Of a stretch of 64,000 bases of DNA, positions 13,214 through 22,829 are shown one piece after another; the stretch's first letter is position 1, and each line of letters starts with the position of its first letter. The stretch lies in contig CAMDFP010000001.1 in NCBI GenBank assembly GCA_945897335.1, positions 2,143 through 66,142 of the forward strand, written 5' to 3'. The translations under genes and the position numbers were made by a program. Origin of the DNA: Asaia bogorensis. Its GTDB lineage: Bacteria > Pseudomonadota > Alphaproteobacteria > SHVZ01. Under the pieces are notes generated by a model, which made no database searches, was not told the DNA's origin, and saw only the letters and a program-made list of their open reading frames with translations.

Positions 13214-14249
13214 TCCGCTGCTCCCCAACACGCTGAGCGAGGTTCTCGACCTCACCGCGATCATCGTCTTCCTGCTGACCACGCTCTCGGCCGCGCTGTC
13301 GGCGCTGCTCATAAAGCGCGACAACCTCTTCTATCTGGGGTTCCAGCTCATCGGACTGACCGCCGCGTTCATCCTGTCGCACGACTGGCTCTACGACATG
13401 ACGTTCAGCGCGGTGCTGGGCAGCCCGCAGACCTATCACGAGCTGATGACCTCGGCGCTCATCCTGTCGATCGCCTTCACGGTCGACATGGGGCTCAAGG
13501 TGATCGTCTGGCAGGGCATCCTCGTGCGCAACGGCCGCGCCGCCGTGCCGCCGCTGCTGGTCGGCGTGGTGCGCTTCCTCGTCTACCTGGTCGGCGGCCT
13601 GACCATCCTGCAGTTCGTCTATGGCCAGTCGATCACCGCTCTCGCCACCCTCTCCGGCGCCTTCGCCATCGTGCTCGGATTGTCGGCCCAGTCGACGCTG
13701 GGCGAGATGTTCGCCGGCATCGCGATCGCGCTGTCGCGCCCGTTCCGCATCGGCGACTGGGTCAAGGTCGGCCACTTCGACGAGGGCAAGGTGATCGACA
13801 TGACCTGGCGCCTGGTGCGCCTGGAGATGCGCGACCGCAGCATCGTCAACCTGACCAACCGTATGTGCGCGGACTCGCCGATCAAGAACTTCAGCTACCC
13901 GAACGAGAAGATCCGCCTGTCGGAGGACATCTACTTCCAGCGCGGCACCGATCAGGAGCAGGTCAAGAAGGTGATCCGCCGGGCCATCGCCACGGTGCCG
14001 ACGGTGCTCGCCGAACCGGCGCCCAATGCCGTGTTCATGAGCGTTCGCGACGGCGTCGACCACTACGCCATGCGCTTCTATGTCAGGGAGTACAACATCC
14101 GCCGGCGCATCGTCGAGCAGGTCTGGCGCGCCGTCACCGCGCATCTCGACGGCGCCGGCATGCCGATCGCCCAGCCGCGCCGGGTGGTCGACCAGTATCA
14201 AGGAGAGTCGGCGCAACCGGACCCGGCCGGCGTCACCGGACCGCCATGA
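13206..14249 (+). CDS. mechanosensitive ion channel, MscS family
   Basis: TM helices followed by the MscS beta-domain signature (…FAIVLGLSAQSTLGEMFAGIAIALSRPFRIGDWVKV…). It overlaps the permease stop by 8 nt. Confidence 0.8.
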   Translation: MADPLLPNTLSEVLDLTAIIVFLLTTLSAALSALLIKRDNLFYLGFQLIGLTAAFILSHDWLYDMTFSAVLGSPQTYHELMTSALILSIAFTVDMGLKVIVWQGILVRNGRAAVPPLLVGVVRFLVYLVGGLTILQFVYGQSITALATLSGAFAIVLGLSAQSTLGEMFAGIAIALSRPFRIGDWVKVGHFDEGKVIDMTWRLVRLEMRDRSIVNLTNRMCADSPIKNFSYPNEKIRLSEDIYFQRGTDQEQVKKVIRRAIATVPTVLAEPAPNAVFMSVRDGVDHYAMRFYVREYNIRRRIVEQVWRAVTAHLDGAGMPIAQPRRVVDQYQGESAQPDPAGVTGPP

Positions 14250-14349
14250 GCGGACGGCGCGGCGCCTGAAGAGATCCCGGACCGCAATCACCGCTCGACC
14301 GCCGGCGGCAAGCCTGAGAAGGTGGACCGGAAGACCTCGGAGGTTCGCG

Positions 14350-15063
14350 ATGACCTTCTCGTCCATACGCCACGTCCTGTTGCCGGCCTTGATCCTGCTC
14401 GCTGCCGGGATCGGCTTCACCGCCGTCCGCTCGGCAGCGGAAGAGCCGCGCGAGATCCCGCCGCCGGCGCAAGATGCCGCCGCCTCCGCCGCGGCGACCG
14501 AGGTCGCGGTGCTGGCCGGCGGCTGCTTCTGGGGCGTGCAGGGCGTGTTCCAGCACACCACCGGCGTCAGCATGGCCGTCTCGGGATATGCCGGCGGCAC
14601 CGAGGCCTCGGCGAACTACGAGATGGTGAGCACCGGGCGCACCGACCACGCCGAGGCCGTGCGCATCACCTTCGATCCGCGCGTCATCAGCTACGGACGC
14701 CTGCTGCAGATCTTCTTCTCGGTCGTCCACGACCCGACCGAGCTCGACCGCCAGGGGCCGGACGTCGGCCCGCAGTATCGCTCGTCGATCTTTCCCGAGA
14801 ACGCCGAGCAGGCGCGGATCGCCAAGGCCTACATCGCCCAGCTCGACCAGGTCCGCGTCTATCCGAAAGCGATCGTGACCAGGATCGAACCCGGCCACGC
14901 CTTCCACCCGGCCGAGGACGAGCACCAGGATTTCATGACCCGCTATCCGAGCCACCCCTACATCGCCTACCACGACCTGCCGAAGGTCGCGGCGCTGAAG
15001 CGCTTCTTCCCGGCGGCATGGCGGGCGGAGCCGGCGCTGGTGCGGACGGCGACACGAGGCTGA
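14350..15063 (+). CDS. msrA: peptide-methionine (S)-S-oxide reductase MsrA, secreted form
   Basis: Catalytic GGCFWGV motif and a signal peptide MTFSSIRHVLLPALILLAAGIGFTA. GGAGG lies upstream of the ATG at 14350; the track ORF from 14080 is an extension. Confidence 0.9.
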   Translation: MTFSSIRHVLLPALILLAAGIGFTAVRSAAEEPREIPPPAQDAAASAAATEVAVLAGGCFWGVQGVFQHTTGVSMAVSGYAGGTEASANYEMVSTGRTDHAEAVRITFDPRVISYGRLLQIFFSVVHDPTELDRQGPDVGPQYRSSIFPENAEQARIAKAYIAQLDQVRVYPKAIVTRIEPGHAFHPAEDEHQDFMTRYPSHPYIAYHDLPKVAALKRFFPAAWRAEPALVRTATRG

Positions 15064-15082
15064 GGGATCAGGCTGCGGCGGA

Positions 15083-17758
15083 TCACGATGCGATCGGTTG
15101 ACGCAGCGCCGCTCGAACACAGGCGGCCAGCGCGGACTTGCGATACGGCTTGACGATCATGCTGGCAGAGAGCGTCGTCATCTCGCGCTGCAGCTCGGCG
15201 GGGTCGGAGAACCCGGTCGTGAAGACGATCGGCAGCTTCGAAAAGCGCCGCCGGACTTCACGCGCGAGGCCGATGCCGCTCATCTCTCCCGGCATGATCA
15301 GGTCGGTGAAGAGCAGATCGAATCTCTCGCCGCGGTCGAGAATCTCCAGCGCCGCTGCGGCGTTCTCCGCCGCCATGGTGCGGTAGCCCATGCTGGTCAG
15401 CAGCGTGATCGCCATGCGTCGGACGTCGGGCTTGTCTTCGACCACCAGAATCCGTTCGGTACCGGTCGAAGCCGATTGGCTCGCGGTCCTGGCCGAGTCG
15501 GGGACGGCGGTGCCGTGGGCTCTGGGAAGGCAGAGACGGATGTCGGTCCCATGTCCGACTTCGCTGTAGATCCTGACCCTTCCGCCCGACTGCAGGGCAT
15601 AGCCGTAGACCATGCTCAGCCCGAGACCGCTGCCCTTTCCGACCTCCTTGGTCGTGAAGAAGGGCTCGAACACCCTGGCCAGTACCTCGGGCGGGATGCC
15701 GATTCCCGTGTCCGAGACCGTCAGAGTGACGTAGTCGCCCGGAACGAGGTCGCTCATTTCGGCGGCACTGTCGTCGATGGTTTCATTCGCGCAGCTGATC
15801 CCCAACCGACCGCCGTCAGGCATCGCATCGCGCGCATTGATCGCCAGATTCAGGATGGCGTTCTCGAACTGCGCCTGGTCGGCCAGGACCGGCCAGATGT
15901 CGTCCTCGATGTGCATCTCGATCACCAGGCGCTCGTCCAGCGCCTGGCGAAGCACGGGCTCCATGCCCCGAACGAGTTCGGCCAGGTTCAAGAGTTTCGG
16001 CGCCAGCGGCTGGTTGCGTGAGAACGCCATCAGCCGGCGGACCAGTTCGGCCCCTCGCAGCGCCGCGTCGAGCGCGGCGGCGCCGAGGGTCTTCACGTCG
16101 GGCTGCGCCTCGCACACCTCGATGAGCTGATCGAGGTTGCCGACCACCAGCCCCAGGATGTTGTTGAAGTCGTGAGCGATGCCGCCGGTGAGCTGACCGA
16201 CCGCCTCCATCTTCTGAGCCTGGATCAGTTTTTGCTCGACGACCTTCTTGTCCGTCACGTCCTCAAGGACGTGGACGACGCCGATCATCTTCCGATCGGC
16301 GTCGTAGAGTGGCGATCCCGAGAACATGATGTCGAGCATGCTGCCGTCCTTGTGACGTAGCTGTATCGGGACGTCCTGGACGTGCTGCTGATCGGTCTCG
16401 ATGCTGCGAAAGAGTCTTTCGAAAGTTTCGCGGTCGCGATCGGGGAACAATGGATAGGGCTGGCCGACGATTTCGGACGCGGTGTAGCCGAAGATGCGCT
16501 CCGCCGCCCGGCTCCAGGTGCCGACTCTGCGGTCGACGTCCAGCTCGATGGTCGCCAGGGGCGAGGAGTCGACCAGCGCCTTCATCTTCAAGGCTGTCGC
16601 TTCCAGCTCGGCGGTTCGTTGCTCGACGAGATGCTGGGCCAGGGCGGTCTGCCACTTCTCTCTGGCGACGAACGCGGCCGACACAGCCGTCAGCAGAAAC
16701 CCCGCCAGCAGCCATGCGTAGGGGTTGCGGCTCCAGATCGCATCGAACGTCGCGATCGGGAATCGTAATGAAACCACCCATTTCTGGCCGAGAATGTCGA
16801 CGGTCCGGGCCGTCGTGTAGCCGCTGGCCGTGGGCGAGGCCTGGTTCCACGGCTCGAAGCTCGGTGATTGCGCCGTGTGCATCGCGCCGGGAAATGACGA
16901 CGGTGCGCCGTCTTCCGCTAGCCGAACGGTGAACGTGGCAAAGACGGCCGGGGTATTCGCGATCGCCTGATTCAGCAACGTCATCAGGTCGAAGCTGCCG
17001 ACGACATGGCCGCGCAAGCGTTGCCGGCGCTCCTCGACCGAGACCGGCGTGGAGCCGTCGGCGAAGATCGGAACGAACACCTGCAAGCTCGGCGTCGGGC
17101 TCCTGGAACCGAAGAGCTGAACGATCGATGTGGCGACCGGCTTCCCTTCGTCGCGCGCCCGGTCGGCCGCGCGACTGCGTATCGGATCGGAGCTCAGGTC
17201 GAGTCCCAGGGGCGAGGCCTGGCTCTCCAGGGCCTTTCGCATCCTCACCGGAAGGTATTCGTCCCTTTGGGGCGCGGAAACGGTCGACTCCTCCGGACCG
17301 CGATCCATGATGGAGAATTCCGGCAATCCGGAGCGGCGCGCCTCGTCCTCGAATGCCTGTCGCTGACCGCCTGTCAGTCGGGGGGCCCAGGCGATCGCCC
17401 GGGTGGAACGGCTGAGCCCCCAGGCATTGTCGACGACGCGATCGAACTCCGAGTCGGTGAACGTATCCTGCGAGGAGACGAACACGGCGACGGCGCGCAC
17501 CGGGTCCATGGCGTTGTCGATCTTGAGCTTGAGGTCCTGGGCGAGCCAGTCCGCCTGCGGCGCGAGCGCTTCTTCGGTCTGCCGGTCCTGAATGAACTGA
17601 GCAGTTCGAGAAACGAGCCCGGTGACGAGCAGGCCGACGGCAATCGTCGCGGCGAGCGGCCACCATGGAATCAGTCTCTGCGTCAGCGTGAGCAGAGGTT
17701 CCGACTCGATGTCGTCGGCGCTTCGGCTGGAAGCCGGCATTGCCGTGGCCATCTTCAT
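15083..17758 (-). CDS. hybrid sensor histidine kinase/response regulator (CHASE-like periplasmic domain, PAS, HisKA, HATPase_c, REC)
   Basis: H-box AHDFNN, G-box GSGLGLS, and a C-terminal receiver (…LFTDLIMPGEMSG…). The N-terminal periplasmic domain sits between two TM segments. The ATG at 17758 overlaps the upstream gene's stop as ATGA. The track extension to 18334 is in a frame that clashes with that upstream gene. Confidence 0.85.
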   Translation of the reverse strand: MKMATAMPASSRSADDIESEPLLTLTQRLIPWWPLAATIAVGLLVTGLVSRTAQFIQDRQTEEALAPQADWLAQDLKLKIDNAMDPVRAVAVFVSSQDTFTDSEFDRVVDNAWGLSRSTRAIAWAPRLTGGQRQAFEDEARRSGLPEFSIMDRGPEESTVSAPQRDEYLPVRMRKALESQASPLGLDLSSDPIRSRAADRARDEGKPVATSIVQLFGSRSPTPSLQVFVPIFADGSTPVSVEERRQRLRGHVVGSFDLMTLLNQAIANTPAVFATFTVRLAEDGAPSSFPGAMHTAQSPSFEPWNQASPTASGYTTARTVDILGQKWVVSLRFPIATFDAIWSRNPYAWLLAGFLLTAVSAAFVAREKWQTALAQHLVEQRTAELEATALKMKALVDSSPLATIELDVDRRVGTWSRAAERIFGYTASEIVGQPYPLFPDRDRETFERLFRSIETDQQHVQDVPIQLRHKDGSMLDIMFSGSPLYDADRKMIGVVHVLEDVTDKKVVEQKLIQAQKMEAVGQLTGGIAHDFNNILGLVVGNLDQLIEVCEAQPDVKTLGAAALDAALRGAELVRRLMAFSRNQPLAPKLLNLAELVRGMEPVLRQALDERLVIEMHIEDDIWPVLADQAQFENAILNLAINARDAMPDGGRLGISCANETIDDSAAEMSDLVPGDYVTLTVSDTGIGIPPEVLARVFEPFFTTKEVGKGSGLGLSMVYGYALQSGGRVRIYSEVGHGTDIRLCLPRAHGTAVPDSARTASQSASTGTERILVVEDKPDVRRMAITLLTSMGYRTMAAENAAAALEILDRGERFDLLFTDLIMPGEMSGIGLAREVRRRFSKLPIVFTTGFSDPAELQREMTTLSASMIVKPYRKSALAACVRAALRQPIAS

Positions 17759-18708
17759 CGCACCTTCGTGCCGGAGCTTGGCGTCGCATCGTGCCGGTAC
17801 GGATTGGCGTAGATGTTGCGCGCCTCGAAGTGGTAGCCGTCGACGGGCGCATCGACCACCGTGGTGATGACGTCGCCGTCGATGTAGTCGAAGCCGGCAC
17901 CGACCGCAGCCGTCGTCAGGCTCACCGATCCCGATCCGTGGACATAGCATTTGAGGCTCGACTTGGCGGCCGCCGCGACGAACCGATTCATGTCCTTCAT
18001 CAGCTCGCCCTCCCTCCGGTCGCTGCCGCTGAGATCGGCCCCGATGGCGAAGATGCCGGTTTCCCAGGGCGGATAGACCTGAGAGCTGGTGACCGACGTG
18101 CGCAGGATCACCGCCCGCGAGTAGCTTCGCAGCTGGGCTGCGAGCCCTGACAACCGTCCCGCCGGAATGCTGTCCGGCGCGGCGACCAGCTCGAAGATCA
18201 CCAGCTTGCGGCTCTCTTCCGGGATCGCTTTGCACCATCTGATGTACTCCTGCCGGCGATGGCCGGAGGCGAGGGTCTCGAAATGGACGGGCGCGATAAG
18301 CAGAAGTTTGCGGCCTGTGGACTGCAGTACCCACAGGTCCTGAATGACGCGCTGCAGAACGAGCTTGTCCAATTCGAATGCCATCTTCGGATTGTCGAAG
18401 CCGGGAATCGCCGCTTCGCCGGCCATCGCCGTGCCGCCGACGGCATCCGCAGCCGGGACGCAGATGTAGGTGGCGAGGGCATTACGCCGAACGTCCCACA
18501 TCGGTCGGTATACCAAGCGTAGGGTGGCGAGCTCCTTCTCGCCGGAGGCGGCGCCTTCGTTCTCCGCGGCGACCGCGGCCTTCTCCGCCTCGGCCAGAAA
18601 GAACTCCGCCGTGAGACTGGCGACGCGCGGCGCGGTTTCTCGCACGACGTCGGCGGTCGGTCTCTGGCCGCCGGCTTGACGGCCGAGACGCTTGTCATGT
18701 GGGGCCAA
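17755..18708 (-). CDS. degenerate EAL-domain protein (catalytic residues missing)
   Basis: By memory, residues about 60-317 align to an EAL fold, but the EAL and DDFGTG motifs are replaced (VPAAD…, RTSVTSSQ). It is translationally coupled (ATGA) to the hybrid kinase. GC3 is high. Confidence 0.5.
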   Translation of the reverse strand: MAPHDKRLGRQAGGQRPTADVVRETAPRVASLTAEFFLAEAEKAAVAAENEGAASGEKELATLRLVYRPMWDVRRNALATYICVPAADAVGGTAMAGEAAIPGFDNPKMAFELDKLVLQRVIQDLWVLQSTGRKLLLIAPVHFETLASGHRRQEYIRWCKAIPEESRKLVIFELVAAPDSIPAGRLSGLAAQLRSYSRAVILRTSVTSSQVYPPWETGIFAIGADLSGSDRREGELMKDMNRFVAAAAKSSLKCYVHGSGSVSLTTAAVGAGFDYIDGDVITTVVDAPVDGYHFEARNIYANPYRHDATPSSGTKVR

Positions 18709-18861
18709 CTGGTTAGCCTCCGGGCTGCAGCAGACCCGCCCTGGTGTGCGGCGCGCTCAACGTGCCCGTGTGCTCGCGCTGCTGCGACCCGGGATTGCTT
18801 AAACAAACGTTCGACGGGGCAGCCGGTTGCGCCCTGTTTTACGAAATATTTAAACACTAAT

Positions 18862-18877
18862 TAACTTAATTAAGTTA
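18862..18877. promoter_or_regulatory. perfect 16-bp palindrome TAACTTAATTAAGTTA in an AT-rich divergent promoter region
   Basis: Seen directly. It lies in the 340-bp AT-rich spacer (18709..19049) between the EAL-like/kinase operon (minus) and the receiver gene (plus). Confidence 0.35.
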
Positions 18878-19049
18878 GATTTGGTTTTTCTAAATACCGC
18901 GGAATTGTAAGTGCAATTTTCGGTTGCGAAACAACCATGAGTGGGCGCTTCACCTCTTCGATCTCCGTCGTCGTGGCCGACTTGATCCGGGGATCCGGTG
19001 AAAGCGCGGCGCCCCCACACCGTCGCCGTCGGGAAGAGGGCCGTGCGCA

Positions 19050-19472
19050 ATGAGCACGATTTTGCTGATCGACGACGATCCCCGCATGCTCGCCATGATC
19101 CAGCGGATTCTCCAGTCGGAGAACTACCAGGTCGCCACGGCGGCGAGCGGCGCGCTCGGGCTCGAGTTGTTTCGGCAGCTCAAGCCGAATCTGGTGATCA
19201 CCGACATCCTGATGCCGGACAAGGACGGCATCGAGACGCTGAGGGAAATCCGCAATCTCGATCCCCACGCCAGGATCATCGCCATCTCCGGCGGCGGACG
19301 CGCCAAGTACAGGAACTTCCTCGAGATCGCGCAGGAGTTCGGGGCGACCGAGGTACTGGAAAAGCCGTTCCGCCGCGAACAACTGCTGACAGCCGTGTTC
19401 CGCGTGCTGAAGGGAGTCAGCGTGGCCCGCTACCGGTCAGATCCGCGCGGCGGTGGCAGGGACAAGGCTTAA
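19050..19472 (+). CDS. single-domain response regulator (CheY-like receiver)
   Basis: LLIDDD…D (phospho-acceptor context ITDILMPDKDG)…K; it has no output domain. GGGAAGAGGG lies upstream of the ATG. Confidence 0.9.
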   Translation: MSTILLIDDDPRMLAMIQRILQSENYQVATAASGALGLELFRQLKPNLVITDILMPDKDGIETLREIRNLDPHARIIAISGGGRAKYRNFLEIAQEFGATEVLEKPFRREQLLTAVFRVLKGVSVARYRSDPRGGGRDKA

Positions 19473-19557
19473 GCCGCAGGCCGTGGTCGCGATGCTCGAG
19501 ATCGGCCGGTCGTGGATGCGGGCGGCTCGATAGGCTGGAGGTGTCGCTTCGGCCGCC

Positions 19558-20529
19558 TCAGAAGTATCGGCTCAGATTCCGCCGGATGCGCTGGAGCACC
19601 GGCTCATCGGCCGGAGGGAACACGAAGCTCTTCCCGGTGATGGTCTCGTAGGCCTGGATGTAGACGGCGGCGGTGTCGAGGATGAGCTGCGGCGGGATCT
19701 CCGGGATCGGGTCCTTGTAGGGATCGCAGCGGGCGGAGACCCAGCTCCTGACGAAGTCCTTGTCGAAGCTCTCCGGCCGCTCGCCCCTGGCGAAGCGATC
19801 CTCGTAGCTCCCCTTCAGCCAGTAGCGGCTCGAGTCCGGCGTGTGGATCTCGTCGGCGAGCACGATCTTGCCCGACTTGTCGGTGCCGAACTCGTATTTG
19901 GTGTCGACCAGGATCAGGCCCCGCTTCGCCGCCAGCTCGCGGCCGCGGGCGAACAGCGCGTGGGCATAGTCGGAAAGTACCCGCCACTGGCCGGACGACA
20001 ACAGGCCGCGGTCGATGATCTCGCCCGCGGTCAGCGGCGCGTCATGGTCGCCCTGCCCGGCCTTGGAGGTGGGGGTGATGATCGTCGCCGGCAGCTTCTG
20101 GTTGGGCTGGAGACCGTCGGGCAGCCGGATGCCGTACATCTCGCGCTTGCCCGCCTTGTACATGGTCAGGATCGAGGTGCCGGTGGTGCCGGCGAGATAG
20201 TCGCGGACCACGATCTCGACCGGCAGGATGTCGAGGCGACGGCCGATCACGACGTTGGGATCGGGGTAGTCGAGCACGTGGTTCGGGCAGATGTCCTGGG
20301 TCGCCTCGAACCAGTAGCGCGCCGTCTCGGTCAGCACCTGGCCCTTGAACGGGATCGCCGCCAGGTTGAGGTCGAAGGCGCTGAGGCGGTCGCTGGAGAT
20401 CAGGATGCGCCGGCCGTCGGCGAGGTCGTAGTTGTCGCGCACCTTGCCGCGGTAGTGGTTCGGCAGCTCCGGAATCGTCGCGTCGGCGAGAACCAGGTGC
20501 GCGCGCGCCTGAAGTGCCGTCATGTCCAT
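19558..20529 (-). CDS. purC: phosphoribosylaminoimidazole-succinocarboxamide synthase (SAICAR synthetase, long form)
   Basis: 323 aa with conserved SAICAR-synthetase blocks (…[11 protein letters not shown]…[12 protein letters not shown]…[11 protein letters not shown]…). Confidence 0.9.
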   Translation of the reverse strand: MDMTALQARAHLVLADATIPELPNHYRGKVRDNYDLADGRRILISSDRLSAFDLNLAAIPFKGQVLTETARYWFEATQDICPNHVLDYPDPNVVIGRRLDILPVEIVVRDYLAGTTGTSILTMYKAGKREMYGIRLPDGLQPNQKLPATIITPTSKAGQGDHDAPLTAGEIIDRGLLSSGQWRVLSDYAHALFARGRELAAKRGLILVDTKYEFGTDKSGKIVLADEIHTPDSSRYWLKGSYEDRFARGERPESFDKDFVRSWVSARCDPYKDPIPEIPPQLILDTAAVYIQAYETITGKSFVFPPADEPVLQRIRRNLSRYF

Positions 20530-20626
20530 GAAAGTCGCCTAACCCGTTCCGCGTGATCGTGCGTCGCGATTGTAGGAGGGTCCGCCCGGGTGGCAAGCTT
20601 TGCCGAAGACGAGGAAGGAACGAGCC

Positions 20627-22654
20627 ATGCCTGACGATTCGGTGAAGATCCTCGACAGTTTCCCTCAGAAGGTCCGAGAGGTCTTCAACCTGTGGATCCC
20701 GCTGAAGGACGGGAGCCGGCTCGCCGCCCGCATGTGGCTGCCGGCGGATGCCGAATCGAAGCCGGTGCCGGCGGTCCTCGAATACATCCCCTATCGCAAG
20801 CGCGACGCCACGGCGCCGCGCGATTCCAAGCTGCATCCATATTTCGCCGGGCACGGCTATGCCGCCGTGCGCGTCGACATGCGGGGATCGGGCGATTCCG
20901 ACGGCGTGCTCACCGACGAATACCTGAAGCTGGAGCATGACGACGCGCTGGAGGTGATCGAGTGGCTGGCGAAGCAGCCCTGGTGCACCGGCGCGGTCGG
21001 GATGATGGGCAACTCCTGGGGCGGCTTCAATTCGCTGCAGGTGGCGGCCCGCCGGCCGGCAGCGCTGAAGGCGATCATCACCTCATGCTCGACCGACGAC
21101 CGCTATGCCGACGACATCCACTACATGGGCGGCTGCCTGCTCAACGACAACATGAAGTGGGCGGCCAACATGTTCTCCCACAACTCGCGCCCGCCGGACC
21201 CGGAGATCGCCGGCAACCGCTGGCACGAGATGTGGCTGGAGCGGCTGGCCGGCAGCGGGCTCTGGATCGAGACCTGGCTGAAGCACCAGCGCCGCGACGC
21301 CTTCTGGAAGCACGGCTCGGTCTGCGAGAATTACGCCGACATCCAATGCGCGGTCTTCGCCGTCGGCGGCTGGGCCGACGGCTACACCAACGCGATCCCG
21401 CGGCTTATGGAGCATCTCAAATGCCCGCGCATTGCCTGGATCGGCCAATGGTCGCACCAGTATCCGCATGACGCGGCGCCGGGACCGGCCGTCGGATTCC
21501 TGCAGGAGGCCGTCCGCTGGTGGGATCACTGGCTGAAGGGCAAGGACACCGGGATGATGAAGGAGCCGATGGTGCGCTCCTACATCCAGGATTACGTGCC
21601 GCCGGTCTCTAAGCCGACGCGGATCGAGGGGCACTGGGTCGCCGATCCGTCCTGGCCGCCGCCGGGCGTGAAGACCCGCCGGCTCCATCTCAACCGGGGC
21701 ACGCTCGGCGAGACGGCGGAGGCCGAGGCCGCGCTCTCGATCCTGTCGCCGCTCACCCCCGGCCATTACGGCCGCTGGTGCGCGCATGGGCGGGGCCCCG
21801 ACCTTCCGACCGACCAGCGCGAGCTCGACGGCAATTCGCTCAACTTCGATTCGGCACCCTTCACCGAGCGCGTCGAGCTTCTGGGCGCGCCGGTGGTCGA
21901 GCTCGACATCGCCTCCGACAAGCCTAACGCGATGATCTGCGTCCGGCTCGGCGACATCGCGCCCGACGGCCGCATCACGCGCGTGAGCTACGGCCTCCTC
22001 AACCTCACCCATCGCGACAGCCACGAGTTCCCGGAGGCGCTGGTGCCGGGCAAGCGCTATCGCGTGAAGGTGAAGCTCAACGACATCGGCCAGCGCTTCG
22101 AGCCGGGACATCGGCTGCGCGTCTCGATCTCCACCAGCTACTGGCCGATCGCCTGGGTCTCGCCGGCCTCGGCGACGATCACCATCCGCACCGGTGCCAG
22201 CCACATCGACCTGCCGATGCGCCCGCCGCAACCCGCCGACGCGAAGCTGAAGCCGCTGCCGCGGGCCGAGCGGCCGGCGGAGCTGCCGGCGAAGATCCTG
22301 GAGACCGGCGGCGAGACCCGCGAGGTCATCCGCGACATCGAGACCGGCCGCGTCGTCTCGCATGCGACCGAGGACGGCGGCACCATCCGCTACGACGACA
22401 CCGGCTGGACCATGCGGGCACGCCAGGACCAGTGGTATTCGATCCTGCCGGACGATCCCTTGTCCGCCCGCGCCGAGGTCGCCTGGACGGTGCGCTTCTG
22501 GCGCAACGCGTGGAACGCCGAGACCCGCACCCGCACGGTGCTGACCTCGACCGCGACGCATTTCCAGCTCGCCGCCACCCTCGATGCCTTCGAGGGCGAG
22601 AAGCGCATCTTCAGCCGGAGCTGGAACGTGGAGATCCCGCGCGACCACGTGTAG
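20627..22654 (+). CDS. CocE/NonD family alpha/beta hydrolase (X-Pro dipeptidyl-peptidase S15-like)
   Basis: Nucleophile elbow GNSWGG and a C-terminal beta-sandwich domain. I chose the ATG at 20627 (preceded by GAGGAAGGAA) over the TTG at 20600. Confidence 0.85.
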   Translation: MPDDSVKILDSFPQKVREVFNLWIPLKDGSRLAARMWLPADAESKPVPAVLEYIPYRKRDATAPRDSKLHPYFAGHGYAAVRVDMRGSGDSDGVLTDEYLKLEHDDALEVIEWLAKQPWCTGAVGMMGNSWGGFNSLQVAARRPAALKAIITSCSTDDRYADDIHYMGGCLLNDNMKWAANMFSHNSRPPDPEIAGNRWHEMWLERLAGSGLWIETWLKHQRRDAFWKHGSVCENYADIQCAVFAVGGWADGYTNAIPRLMEHLKCPRIAWIGQWSHQYPHDAAPGPAVGFLQEAVRWWDHWLKGKDTGMMKEPMVRSYIQDYVPPVSKPTRIEGHWVADPSWPPPGVKTRRLHLNRGTLGETAEAEAALSILSPLTPGHYGRWCAHGRGPDLPTDQRELDGNSLNFDSAPFTERVELLGAPVVELDIASDKPNAMICVRLGDIAPDGRITRVSYGLLNLTHRDSHEFPEALVPGKRYRVKVKLNDIGQRFEPGHRLRVSISTSYWPIAWVSPASATITIRTGASHIDLPMRPPQPADAKLKPLPRAERPAELPAKILETGGETREVIRDIETGRVVSHATEDGGTIRYDDTGWTMRARQDQWYSILPDDPLSARAEVAWTVRFWRNAWNAETRTRTVLTSTATHFQLAATLDAFEGEKRIFSRSWNVEIPRDHV

Positions 22655-22829
22655 CTCACACGTGTAACCGAGACGTCTCACCGCCGCGGTTGACCCCCGC
22701 CCCTGCGACCGGCTAGGGAGGTCTATCCCCGTTCGAGATCTGGAGACGTCATAGCTTGAGGCCCTGTCCGGCCGTCCCCGTCGTCGTCGCTGCCATACCC
22801 GCTCCGCCGGCGCGGCCAAGGGCGTTGCC

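Noticed and set aside
17759-18334. N-terminal 190-aa extension of the hybrid kinase ORF (track 15083..18334)
   Set aside because: It clashes in frame with the EAL-like gene, which ends with an ATGA overlap at the internal ATG 17758. The extension is R/G-rich with no TM or signal sequence, and a Shine-Dalgarno-like GAAGGTG precedes 17758.
22655-22700. CACGTG…CACGTG direct repeat and GAGACGTCTC palindrome after the CocE hydrolase gene, as a possible terminator
   Set aside because: No T-run follows the hairpin. It is probably incidental, and at most a minor RNA stem.
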